From an uncultured Gemmatimonadales bacterium (GTDB lineage Bacteria > Gemmatimonadota > Gemmatimonadetes > Gemmatimonadales > GWC2-71-9): a DNA stretch of 64,000 nt. Positions within the stretch are counted from its first letter, which is position 1, and each line of letters begins with the position of its first letter. The DNA lies in the NCBI GenBank assembly GCA_963842945.1, contig CAWJIM010000006.1, positions 110,716 to 174,715 of the forward strand, read 5' to 3'. The translations under genes and the position numbers were made by a program. Positions 13,710 through 23,799 of the stretch are shown here, piece after piece. The notes beneath the pieces are model-generated. The model worked only from the letters and a program-made list of their open reading frames with translations. It did not search any database and was not told the origin of the DNA.

Positions 13710-14177
13710 ATGGAATTCAAGGATCGGGACGGAGCGGTTTGGCTGGCGTACGTCGAGGGCGCTCCAGGGACTCCACGGCGGCAACGGGGACGGGTACGCG
13801 GCACCACTCTACCGGAACGCCACCTCCGCTTTGACTCGGCAACCGAGTCGCTATTCACGTCCGTTGTGCCCGCGGGCTCGCCGTTCCTGGCGGAAGCCCG
13901 GCTCCAATGCCTCTTGGACGAAGCCCGATCCGACCCACCCCTGGCCTCGACCAACCGCCCGCCGGCGCCAGCCATCTGGTATCGGCGGATTGAGTGGCCC
14001 ACTCGGGCCGTTGAATCGGGTCGTGAGGAGATAGCGGGCTGGGCCCGACGGTGGCAGCAGACAGCGAGTCGCAGGGAGGCACTGCGCCACCACTTCGTCG
14101 AGCTGCTGTCCGGAGCCGCCAACACGATGCACGGGATGCTCGAGGTCCTCCTGGGCCAGCGGCCGGCTCGGCCGTAG
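13710..14177 (+). CDS. hypothetical protein (ORF may start at 13413)
   Basis: MEFKDRDGAVWLAYVE...RHLRFDSATE; no recognisable family. Confidence 0.5.
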   Translation: MEFKDRDGAVWLAYVEGAPGTPRRQRGRVRGTTLPERHLRFDSATESLFTSVVPAGSPFLAEARLQCLLDEARSDPPLASTNRPPAPAIWYRRIEWPTRAVESGREEIAGWARRWQQTASRREALRHHFVELLSGAANTMHGMLEVLLGQRPARP

Positions 14178-14246
14178 GCCGGCCGTCCGCCCGGCGCAAA
14201 CCAGCCCAGCTCAGGAGTTGCCGCCGGAAGATGAGACCCAAACAAA

Positions 14247-14272
14247 ATGGCTCCCGCGATCGCGGGAGCCAT
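14247..14272. terminator. perfect 26-bp palindrome, intrinsic terminator-like
   Basis: ATGGCTCCCGCGATCGCGGGAGCCAT, followed by TTTGTTT on the minus strand; same stem as 43021-43042. Confidence 0.6.
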
Positions 14273-14467
14273 CGGCTCATGCATCAGTTCCGTTCCCAGG
14301 CAACCTCACACCCGCACCACGTTCTTTCCCACGCTCCGCCTGAGCTGCGCCGTCGCATATTTCCCCCGTATGGGATGCCTGAGCTAAAAAGATTGCAGGG
14401 CACTCGAGTCCGGCGAGAGACTCATCCGTAGAAACCTTGGCCTTCCGGGACCCTGGAGGATGCTGAA

Positions 14468-16033
14468 ATGACGTATGCGGCCCCGTCGAGATCCAACTCC
14501 CGTATGGTGGCGCTTTGCCTGTCGGTGGCCACTCTGTTGTACGCCAGGCAGATAGCCATGTGGGCCGTGCCTCGAAACCGGTTCTACACCCTCTGGCAGC
14601 GGACAGACACGTTGGTACTCTGCGTCAGTCTCCTGGGAATGGCGTTGTTGCTTTATCTCGCCGCCTGGATGGTGCTGCGAGCCTTTCGGGGCGGAAGAGT
14701 CCTACGCTGGCTCACCATCATTCTCCTAGCTGACATCCTCATCGGCTACGCCGGTGGGGGGAGGGCCAGCCGTCACGTCGCCGCGTTCACCGCGGCCTGG
14801 GCAGGCGTGGCGGGCGTCGGGCTCTATGCCGCGTCCCGCCCGGGCTCACGGCTGCTCGAGCGGGGCACAACCATCCTGGCCGCCCTGGCGTGGCTCGCGC
14901 CGATCTGCCTGTTGCAGATGCTGCTCTGGAAACCATGGGATGTGCGGACGACTATCGAACGGAGCGCACCAGGTCAGACGACAGGCACCCGGATACCGGT
15001 CTTCCTCTTCGTGTTTGACGAGTGGTCGTTTCAGCGTAGCTATGACCACAACGAGCTACAGCCGTTCTTTCGAAATCTCCGGAAGCTGGCCAGCCACTCT
15101 CTCGAGTTCACCAATGCCCACTCGCTTGCCGGATCGACCAACCCTTCCATACCCCGCTTGATCTTCCAGCGCGATGGCGTGCTGATACCGAAGAACGGTG
15201 TTGCCCTGTGGAGGCAAGGAGATACGACCCTGCCCTCCGCCAAGCTGCCTAGCATCTTCGCCGCCGCCCGAGAGCGCGGCTACCACACTTCACTTATCGG
15301 GTTCTACTTTCCCTACCGCGCGCTCCTGGGCGATCAAGTGGACCATATCGTCCATCAGTCCTACGACTCCAAAGGTCTGCGGTTGGGGCAACGGCTGCTG
15401 TTGTTCAGCGCCTGGAATCTTTATTTCCTGGCCGATCCCCTGAGCCAGCTCCTCTGGAAGACCTGGAACACCCCCCGGGTGAGCGAGAACTGGGTGGACA
15501 TCAATCAGGCCTGGCGCGGCTTCGTCCGCGAGCTCGTGCGGGGCTCCGATGCGAACACCTTCGCCATGGTACACTGGCCATTGCCCCACGGGCCCTTCGT
15601 CCTGAACGAGGACGGCACTTATCACGGGCCATTCAAGGTGAGCCGGGTGGAGGGCACACCGGAGGAGTACCGGCGGCATCTCGCTTTTCTGGATCGGGTA
15701 TTAGGCGAGGCGATTGCGGAGCTGGATTCAGCCGGCCTGCTGGATCGTGCGCTCGTGATCGTGACCTCCGACCACTCCTGGAAGACCGAAACCGACTCGG
15801 CGCTGTGGTCCGCTCCGGAGGCCAGGACCTGGGTGCCGCTCATCGTGAAGCTGCCGCACCAGACCACCGGCCTCCGGGTGCCGGAGCGGTTCTGTTTGGG
15901 CCAACTGGATGCGCTGCTGCAGCGGGTGATGGATACAACGCTGACCGAGCGGAGCGCGGCTGAGGAAGTCAGAACGCTACCGTCGAGCAGCCCGTGCATC
16001 CCACCCCGAGTCCGGCACCGGCAGCACCACTGA
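14468..16033 (+). CDS. membrane-anchored sulfatase-like hydrolase/transferase (alkaline phosphatase superfamily)
   Basis: N-terminal TM helices, FVFDE, STNPSIP, PHGPF, IVTSDH. Confidence 0.8.
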   Translation: MTYAAPSRSNSRMVALCLSVATLLYARQIAMWAVPRNRFYTLWQRTDTLVLCVSLLGMALLLYLAAWMVLRAFRGGRVLRWLTIILLADILIGYAGGGRASRHVAAFTAAWAGVAGVGLYAASRPGSRLLERGTTILAALAWLAPICLLQMLLWKPWDVRTTIERSAPGQTTGTRIPVFLFVFDEWSFQRSYDHNELQPFFRNLRKLASHSLEFTNAHSLAGSTNPSIPRLIFQRDGVLIPKNGVALWRQGDTTLPSAKLPSIFAAARERGYHTSLIGFYFPYRALLGDQVDHIVHQSYDSKGLRLGQRLLLFSAWNLYFLADPLSQLLWKTWNTPRVSENWVDINQAWRGFVRELVRGSDANTFAMVHWPLPHGPFVLNEDGTYHGPFKVSRVEGTPEEYRRHLAFLDRVLGEAIAELDSAGLLDRALVIVTSDHSWKTETDSALWSAPEARTWVPLIVKLPHQTTGLRVPERFCLGQLDALLQRVMDTTLTERSAAEEVRTLPSSSPCIPPRVRHRQHH

Positions 16034-16078
16034 ACAAACGCGCGAGACAGCCTTACGGTCGAACGGAAATTCTGCCTC

Positions 16079-16099
16079 TTCCGGACAGTCACAGTGACC
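16079..16099 (+). repeat. 21-bp exact repeat of the S9 peptidase 3' end
   Basis: TTCCGGACAGTCACAGTGACC also at 20164-20184. Confidence 0.8.
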
Positions 16100-16106
16100 C
16101 GGCGGC

Positions 16107-17270
16107 CTACAATATTTCCGGAACAGGATTCAGCTCCCCCTCCTGAAACCGGCTGGGTCGGAGAGGACGGACGTCCATCGTCGAGGCCGCGCCGTCGCTT
16201 ATTACCTCCGCCAGGAGCTGGCCCAGGGCCGGCGCATGCATCACTCCGTGCCCCGAGCAGCCATTCAACAGGAACAGGTTGGGGCAGCCCGGGGCGGCGC
16301 CGAGGATGGCGTGCTTGTCGGGCGAGACCTCGTAGAGTCCGGCCCAGCAGGCGTCTCGGTCGATAGTCGCGCGACGCAGGACCGGCACCCGCCGGTGTGC
16401 CTTTTCGACCACCGCCTCGATCCACTCACCGTCCACGCCAGTATCGAATGGTCGTCCCGGCACGCCGGGCGTGGGCCAGAGCAGCAGAATCCGCCCGTCC
16501 CGCACCCGCAGATGAAAGCCGTCGGCCGTGAAGATGGTCATCGGCATGGTGTCGGGCAGGAGGTCGGTCGGTGCGGTTGCGGCCACCTGTCGCCGGAGCG
16601 GGGCGACCGGCAGATCGAGACCGGTCCACTGCGCCACCTGGGCGGCCCACGGGCCGGCTGCGTTTACCACTGCCTCCGGGGAAACCGGACCCCGGGAGGT
16701 CTCCACGACGGCAATGCGATTGCTCTCCGCGAGCCTGAGCCCGGTGACCTCGACCTGCCATTCCAGCTCCGCCCCCAGCCTCCGGGCCGCGGCGAGATAC
16801 CCTTCAACGATGCCCAGGGGACGGATGAAACCGTCGCTGGGGCAGAACGCTCCCCCGATTACCTCATCGAGAGCGACTGCGGGATTGAGCCGCACAATCT
16901 CCTCCGGCCCCACCTCGACCGCCTCGGTCAGGCCCTCCTGGTGCTGAACTCTCCGCGCTGCCCGGAGTACCTCGAGCTCGCTGGCCGTGGAAGCGAGCCA
17001 GAGGTACCCCGCCGGAAGGTATCCCGCATTCCCACCCGTCTCCTCGGTAAAGCAGCGGAGCTTGTCGCGGGAGAGCAGCGACAGCCGCACATTGATCGGC
17101 GTGGCGTATTGGGCGCGGAACCCGCCGGTCGCCTTGCCGGTGCTGCCCTGCCCGGGGCCGTGGGAGCGGTCGAGCACCAGGATGTCGCGCCAGCCTCGGC
17201 GCGCGAGGTGATATGCCACGCTCGCGCCGATCACGCCGGCACCGATGATGACGACCGAGGCCGTCCTCAT
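16107..17270 (-). CDS. FAD-dependent oxidoreductase, DAO/sarcosine oxidase beta family
   Basis: [39 protein letters not shown]. Confidence 0.92.
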   Translation of the reverse strand: MRTASVVIIGAGVIGASVAYHLARRGWRDILVLDRSHGPGQGSTGKATGGFRAQYATPINVRLSLLSRDKLRCFTEETGGNAGYLPAGYLWLASTASELEVLRAARRVQHQEGLTEAVEVGPEEIVRLNPAVALDEVIGGAFCPSDGFIRPLGIVEGYLAAARRLGAELEWQVEVTGLRLAESNRIAVVETSRGPVSPEAVVNAAGPWAAQVAQWTGLDLPVAPLRRQVAATAPTDLLPDTMPMTIFTADGFHLRVRDGRILLLWPTPGVPGRPFDTGVDGEWIEAVVEKAHRRVPVLRRATIDRDACWAGLYEVSPDKHAILGAAPGCPNLFLLNGCSGHGVMHAPALGQLLAEVISDGAASTMDVRPLRPSRFQEGELNPVPEIL

Positions 17271-17684
17271 GCGGTGAAGACGTGCTCCGGATGTTTGAAG
17301 CTTTTGAACTCGAGCGCGTTCCCGCTGGGGTCGAGGAGGAACATGGTCGCCTGCTCTCCCGGCTGTCCCGCGTAGCGGATTCTGGGCTCGAGAATGAAGG
17401 CAATCCCCGCGCTGCGGATGCGGTCGGCCAAAGCCGAAAACGCACCCCACTCCAGCAGCGCCCCGAAATGCGGCATGGGCACCTGAACGCCCTCGACCTG
17501 CCCGGTATTCTGGGTCGGCAGTCACCGGCCCGGTGGTGTGCGCCGAGATCTGGTTGCCGAAGAAATCGAAGTCGACCCAGGTATCGGTGCTGCGTCCCTC
17601 GGTGCAGCCGAGGATGTCGCCGTAGAACCGGCGCGTGGTAGAGAGATCCCGGACGAAGAAGGCGTAATGGAATGGTTGCGGCAT
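17267..17684 (-). CDS. VOC/glyoxalase family protein, frameshift near 17520
   Basis: [28 protein letters not shown] plus [27 protein letters not shown] overlap with the oxidoreductase. Confidence 0.88.
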
Positions 17685-17772
17685 AGGAGGCGTACTCGTG
17701 GCCCGCAGGGATGATTGTTACTGCCTAGCTCGCTCCCAACCTAATCTGCACCCGTTCTGATGCTGGATGGGT

Positions 17773-17799
17773 TGTAACCTTCAGGTCACCTTTTGCGTA
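17773..17799 (+). promoter_or_regulatory. ECF-type promoter TGTAAC-N17-CGTA
   Basis: Boxes and spacing conserved upstream of the second S9 copy at 52906-52932. Confidence 0.65.
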
Positions 17800-17848
17800 G
17801 CTTTGGGCCGAACCAGTCGCCCTACCTACAGCCGCCCGGAGATGTCTG

Positions 17849-20235
17849 ATGTGCTGCTCTCGTCCTTTCGTCTGGGCCTTGGCCCTATTCCTGCCTTTCG
17901 CTTCCACCGTCGCCGCCCAGGACAGTCTTACGGTCGACCGGATCTTCAACTCCAAGGAGTTCGTCCCCGAGCAGCTGGGGCGGGTTCGCTGGCTGGAGAA
18001 GGAAGCCGCGTATGTCAAGCTGGAGACAGACAGCACCACACCCGGTGGTCAGGCGCTCGCGCGCTATGATGCCGCTACCGGTAGGCGTGAGGTCTGGGTA
18101 CCGGCCGCGCGGCTGGTGCCGCCGGGGGACTCGATGCCGCTCGCGGTGGAGGAATACACCGTCTCGCCGGATAAGCGCGGGCTCCTGATCTTCACCAACT
18201 CGCAGAAGGTCTGGCGGCTGAATACCCGAGGCGACTTCTGGTACCTCGACCTATCCACCTGGCGGCTGGGAAAGTTGGGCGGCGCTCAGGCCAAGCCTTC
18301 AACGCTCATGTTCGCCAAGTTCTCGCCGGATGGGAAACGGGTAGCGTATGTCCGGGAGAACAATCTGTACGTGGAGGACCTAGAAAATCATCGCATCACG
18401 CAGCTCACTCATGACGGGTCTCGCACGATCATCAATGGGACCTTCGACTGGGTTTATGAGGAGGAGCTGAATCTGCGTGACGGGTTCCGCTGGAGCCCCG
18501 ATGGCGCTCGCATCGCGTACTGGCAGCTCGATGCATCCGGGGTCCGCGATTTCCTCCTGATCAACAACACTGACTCGCTGTACTCCTTCACCATTCCAGT
18601 GCAGTACCCCAAGGCGGGCACCACCAACTCGGCCGCGCGGGTTGGCGTGGTGAGCGCGTCGGGCGGCAACACAGTCTGGCTCCGTGTTTCCGGCGATCCC
18701 CGCAACAACTACATCGCCCGCCTCGATTGGGCGGGAAGCTCGGCTGAGGTCGTACTCCAGCAGCTCAACCGGCTGCAGAATACGCTGGTGGTGATGCTGG
18801 GAGACGCCAGGACCGGCCAGGTGCGTACGGTGCACACCGAGCGGGATAGCGCCTGGGTGGATGTGGAGAACGACCTGCGCTGGCTCAATGGAGGAAAGAG
18901 CTTCACTTGGATCAGCGAACGGGACGGCTACCGCCACCTGTACCTCATCTCACGGGACGGGAAGCAGCAGCGCCTGCTCACCCAGGGAGACTTCGACCTG
19001 CATAATCCTGCGAGTGCCTTCGGTGAGCCGCTCGTGGTGGGACAGGATTCCGCCGGCGGTTGGATCTACTACACCGCATCGCCCGAGAACGCCACGCCAG
19101 CTGTACCTATTTCGTAGCCGTATCGACGGGAAGGGACCTCCCGAGCGACTGACTCCCAAGAATCAGTCCGGCTACCACCGATATTTCATCTCCGGCGATG
19201 GCCGGTGGGCAATTCACAACTACTCGTCCTTCGGCACTCCCCCCATCACCGATCTGGTCAGCCTTCCCGACCACAAGGTGATCCGGACCTTGGTGGATAA
19301 TCGGCGACTGCGAGACGCCATCGCGAAGCTGAGCCCGGGACGAGCCGAGTTCGTGAAGGTCGCGGCGGGGCCGGGCCTGCAACTGGATGGCTGGGTCATG
19401 AAACCCCCGAGCTTCGACTCCACCCGTCGGTATCCGGTCTTCTTCGAGGTCTATGGCGAGCCAGCGTCGCAGACCGTACTGGATCGCTGGAATGGTGCGC
19501 GGGTATCTCTGGGATCTGATGTTCACCCAGCAGGGGTACGTGGTAGCCTCGGTAGATAATCGCGGTACACCCGCTCCCCGCGGCCGCGCGTTTCGCAAAG
19601 CCATCTACCAGAAGGTCGGAGTGCTCAATGTCGGCGATCAGGCCGCGGCGCTTCGCACCATGCGGAGCTGGCCCTGGGTAGACTCGACCCGGATTGGCGT
19701 GTGGGGCTGGAGTGGCGGCGGTTCGATGACCTTGCATCTGATGTTCCGCCATCCCGAGCTCTACCAGACCGGCATGGCGGTGGCGCCCGAGGCCGACGTG
19801 CGGATGTATGACACGATCTATCAGGAGCGGTACCTCGGACTTCCGCAGCAGAGTCCCGAAGCCTACCGCGAGGCCTCGGCAGTGACCTATGCGGGCAAGC
19901 TCCGCGGCAACCTTCTGGTAGTGCACGGCCAGGGAGACGACAATGTGCACTATCAGGCGACCGAGCGGCTGATCAATGCACTGGTTACTGCCAACCGGCC
20001 GTTCACCATGATGGAATATCCCAACCGAAGCCACTGCATCTGCGAAGGGGACGGGACGACGCTCCATCTCTTCTCACTCCTGACCCGATATCTGGAGCAG
20101 AATCTGCCGCCGGGGCCCCGCCCCGCGGCTTCTGCAGGATCGACCGAAGCGACTTCTGTCCCGTTCCGGACAGTCACAGTGACCTCACGCCTCCCTCGGT
20201 GCAGCCGAGGATATCGCCGTAGACCGGCGGGTTGA
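17849..20235 (+). CDS. S9B dipeptidyl-peptidase IV-like peptidase copy 1 (frameshifts ~19095, ~19495; true stop may be ~20182)
   Basis: Signal peptide, DWVYEEE, YPKAG, GWSGGG, DDNVH, H triad. Confidence 0.9.
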
Positions 20236-20306
20236 GGAGAGATCCCGAACGAAGAAGGCGTAATGGAATGGTTGCGGCATACGTGGCATGCTCATGGCCG
20301 GCAGGG
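20192..20306 (-). pseudogene. decayed copy of the 5' end and upstream region of the glyoxalase gene
   Basis: Aligns with 17595-17710 (e.g. GAAGAAGGCGTAATGGAATGGTTGCGGCATA identical). Confidence 0.85.
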
Positions 20307-20323
20307 GTTACCAGGGAGTGGGG

Positions 20324-22732
20324 TCATTCGCGAATGCCGATCCGGCGCACGACTTCCCGAATCTGGGGCTGGTTCCGCAAGGCGGGATAGGACGTTGCGC
20401 AGCGAAGGTAGAGGACATGGCTCGCGCGCTGCTCGAAGGCGGACTGGACCATCGCGATGGCTCGTCCGGTGTCACCCAGCGCAGTGTAGAGATCAATCAG
20501 ATCAGCCGTGTACCGGTACCCCGGTCGCTGTTCGAGCCAAGGCACCAGTTGATATGCATCTCCCACGCGGCCGGCGCGAGCGTAAGCTTTGGGCGAGTAG
20601 GGCAACGAACCAGGGATTGCTGTCGCTCACCGTCACGGCGCTCTCCAAGGCGGCTGTCGCCTCGGGATACATCGATTTCATCAGGTACTCGTCGCCCGAA
20701 GGCTGCTCTGAGCCAGTCCGGGCTGTCGCCCAGGCGGGCCTGCAACTCCTGCAACTCAGCAATCGCTTGATCGTGGCGGCCGGCGCAGGAATAGGCCCAT
20801 GCCAGCTGGCGTTTAAGAAGCAGCGACAGCGGGTTCCGCTCCTGGGCCCGCTGGTAGTGAGTGGCCGCCTCCTCGTAGCGGCCCACCGCCATCAGGAACA
20901 GCGCATAAATCCACTGGTGCGAGTTCGGGTCGAGCGCCAGCGCCCGCTGGATCGACCGCTCCGCCCCCTCCCAATCCCACTCGCTGTTGAAGAGAACAAA
21001 ACCAAGCGACGCGTGGGCCTGGGCCTCACTCGGGTCGAGCTCCAGGGCGCGCAACGCGGCCATCTTCGACTTCGGATAGAACTCCGCGGCCAGATCCTCA
21101 TAGTTGCTGGCGATCCAATGGTAGGTCCGCGCCAGCTTGGCGTGGGCGGCGGCCCACTCGGGGAGCCAGCGCCACGGCCTTCTCCAGATTGGTGACGGCG
21201 GTGCGCAGTGCCTCCAGCCGGTCGGATCTGGTGAGCTCCGCCGCGACAATCTGCCGCTCCAGATGGTACAGACCCTGAAGATAGGCTTCCTGAGCCTCGG
21301 GGCTCACGGATGGCTGCGGCGAGTCGCGAATCCGGTTCGGGCGCGGCCCTCGCGTGGATGGCGCTGCCGACCGCGCGCGCGACCTCGCCCTGGAGCGCGA
21401 TGGCATTCCGGAGCGCCCCATGGTAGGTGCCGGCCCACATGTGCCCCTCGGGATCGGCGCGGATGAGCTGCACCGTGATCCGGACGCTGTCCTTGGCCCG
21501 AAAGACTGAGCCCTCGAGGAGCGCATCCACCCCCAGCTCGCGGGCGATCACGGGCACCGGTCGATCGGTCCCCTGGTACTGGACGGTCGATTGTCGCGAG
21601 ATCACCGTCAGCTCCGGTATCTGACTCAACTCGGTCACCAGGGCCTCGTGCATGCCATCCACGAAGTATTCCTGCCGTTCATCCCCGGTAAGGTTCGCCA
21701 GCGGCAGCACGGCCAGCCGGCGGATCTCCGGGAGTCGCGGGCCGGAGTTGATTCCTGATCGCCCAACCCGCGGCCATGAGTAGCGGCCAGCATCGCCGCC
21801 AGGATCCCGACCCTCTTCCAGAGAGGCCCGGGACCGCCTCAGCCAGGCGGGCACGACCCATCCGGCTTCCGGCCGGAAGCGTCGCTGCGGCGACTCCGGC
21901 AGGTGGGCCGGTCGAGGACCCTGCTACCCGCATGCCAGCCTTGGAATTCCGCTCCCGAGCCGCGGGAGCGAAGCCCACTTTGATGATCCAGTGCGGCCGC
22001 CTGACTCTCTCTGGATTCAGCGCGGATCCTCGCCACCAACGCCTGCGTCTCGGCCGACGGCTCCAGCTCGTACTCCCCCTCCAGCTTCCAGGCGAAGGCC
22101 TCGTAGGCCCGCACGGCGGCCGCCCGGTCACCCACGCGCTCCAGCAGGAGAATCAGCCGACGAAGCGCAGTCTCGTCGGTCGGAGAGAAGGCGACTGCAC
22201 GGCGCGCCGCCTCGACCGCGCCGGCAGCATCCCCCTCCCGCTCCCGCTCTGCCGCCAGCGCCCATCCCGCCTCTCCTGCCCGCTGCCTCAGTCGACTGCG
22301 CTCCTGGTCCAGCCAGCGCTCGAAATCCGGCGCGCCTGAGATGTGGAACCCCGCCAGCAGCTCGCCCCGATAGAGGGCGAGCGCATCGGCCGGTCGCCCC
22401 TGGTCTACCGCCGCTTCGAACGCCCAGACATCACAGCTGACCTGCTCGGGCGCGAGGGCCAGCTCTTCGTCGCCCCGGGACACGATCGTCTTGGGTCCCA
22501 GCGCGCGGCGCAGGAAATAGACCGACTGCCGGAGGGCATGCCGGGCCTGCTCGGCATCGTACTCCGGCCAGAAGAGGGCAAAGAGGGTGTCACGGCGGTG
22601 GAAGCCGCGGGGTGAGGCGAGAGCGAGATAGCAGAGGAGGGCGGCGCGTCGGGGCTGGGCGAGAACGGAACCGACGGCGCTGTTTTCGGCCGAGGTCAGC
22701 TCCAGGGCGCCCAGGGTACGCAGCTCGATCAT
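20324..22732 (-). CDS. BTAD/SARP-like regulator 1 (wHTH-BTAD-TM-TolB_N-TPR), multiple frameshifts
   Basis: MIELRTLGAL..LAQPRRAALLCYL..RRDTL..LYRGELLAGF..FERWL; LAVLPLANLTGD..YFVDGM..VISRQS; WDWEGAE TPRs. Confidence 0.82.
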
Positions 22733-22754
22733 TCCAGAGATCCGGCAGGCGGGG

Positions 22755-22843
22755 CGTCACCCGGCGGTGACGGTCGGAGGACTGCGAGGTGACGCGCGTC
22801 GCGGAGACTCTCCTAACCTAAGCCGCCGCACGCCCCCTGGCAA
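22755..22843. promoter_or_regulatory. divergent control region with GGTGACG heptamers (copy 1)
   Basis: CGTCACC 22755, GGTGACG 22766 and 22788; TTGCCA-N17-TAGGTT on minus strand; conserved at 26842-26929. Confidence 0.65.
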
Positions 22844-22923
22844 GCAGGAGCCGAGGTCAAGCGGCGTGCGGCCGAGGGCGCTCCTGCGCAGTTGGAGAAC
22901 CACCCTGTACCGGAAGGTGTCCC

Positions 22924-23455
22924 ATGTCACGGCTACACGTCTTGCTGCTGTTCTTGCTCGCTTGGGCGGGTGCTCGAGACGAGCCCGCCGCGCCAGCCGC
23001 CTCGGTCCCCCTCAGCCCACAGCTACACGATCGGCTCAGGAGTCGCCCGGACGGACCTCGGCCAAGCCACGTTCGACGTTGATAAGGTCAGGCGAAGTCA
23101 GCGACGACTGGCACTTCGATCCTGAACACCAAGAACGGCTTTGAGCTCGCGGTTCGAACATTCAAGTACGACCCAGGCTGCTTTCACGGGGTGGCACAAG
23201 CATCCCGGGCCCCGTCTTCATCCAGGTCGTCAGGGGCACGGTGACCTTTTACGAAGCGGATGACCCGAGCTGCAGCGCCTATCGTGGTGGATTCGGGCGA
23301 GCCTACCTGGACCTTGGCGCGCATGGTCACATCGGCCGGAATGAGACAGCCGATCACGGCGCAGGATGTAGACCGTCCTGTTCGGTCGACCGGGGACTGC
23401 GCCGTCCGACTTTCGCATCGATCTGAGCCCGGCACCAGGGAACTGCCCGTTCTAG
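22924..23455 (+). CDS. secreted cupin-domain protein, heavily frameshifted
   Basis: Manual reading across frames: signal peptide, TGWHKHPG, VFIQVVRGTVTFYEADDPSC, AYLDLGAHGHIGRNET, PAPGNCPF*. Confidence 0.7.
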
Positions 23456-23799
23456 AGTAGACCGATTTCGCAGGACTCAGACAAAACTCTGAGTGCTAAT
23501 TGCGAGTATCTCGTCGCCGGTCGCGGACTCAGCCCACGGGGCCGCGACCGGGCGACGCTTCCCACCATTTCAGCCGAGACCACCAGGCGAGCTTCGAGGT
23601 ATCGAGGCGATGCTACTGGAGGTGCATAATGACCCGCATTCCACCGCTCCCCGATCACTCCCGTAGCCCTTCTTCTACTCCTCGACTGTCACGACGCCCA
23701 GGCCCCCACTACACCCACTTCCGGGAACTGACTGCGGGGACGATCGCACCCACCGTTCACCGACCTTCGCGGGCTCAGGCGACAGATCGTCGGTATGCG

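Noticed and set aside
16107..17684. Apparent 525-aa glyoxalase-oxidoreductase fusion
   Set aside because: A frameshift near 17520 explains it; the glyoxalase C-terminus is in another frame and ends at an ATGA overlap
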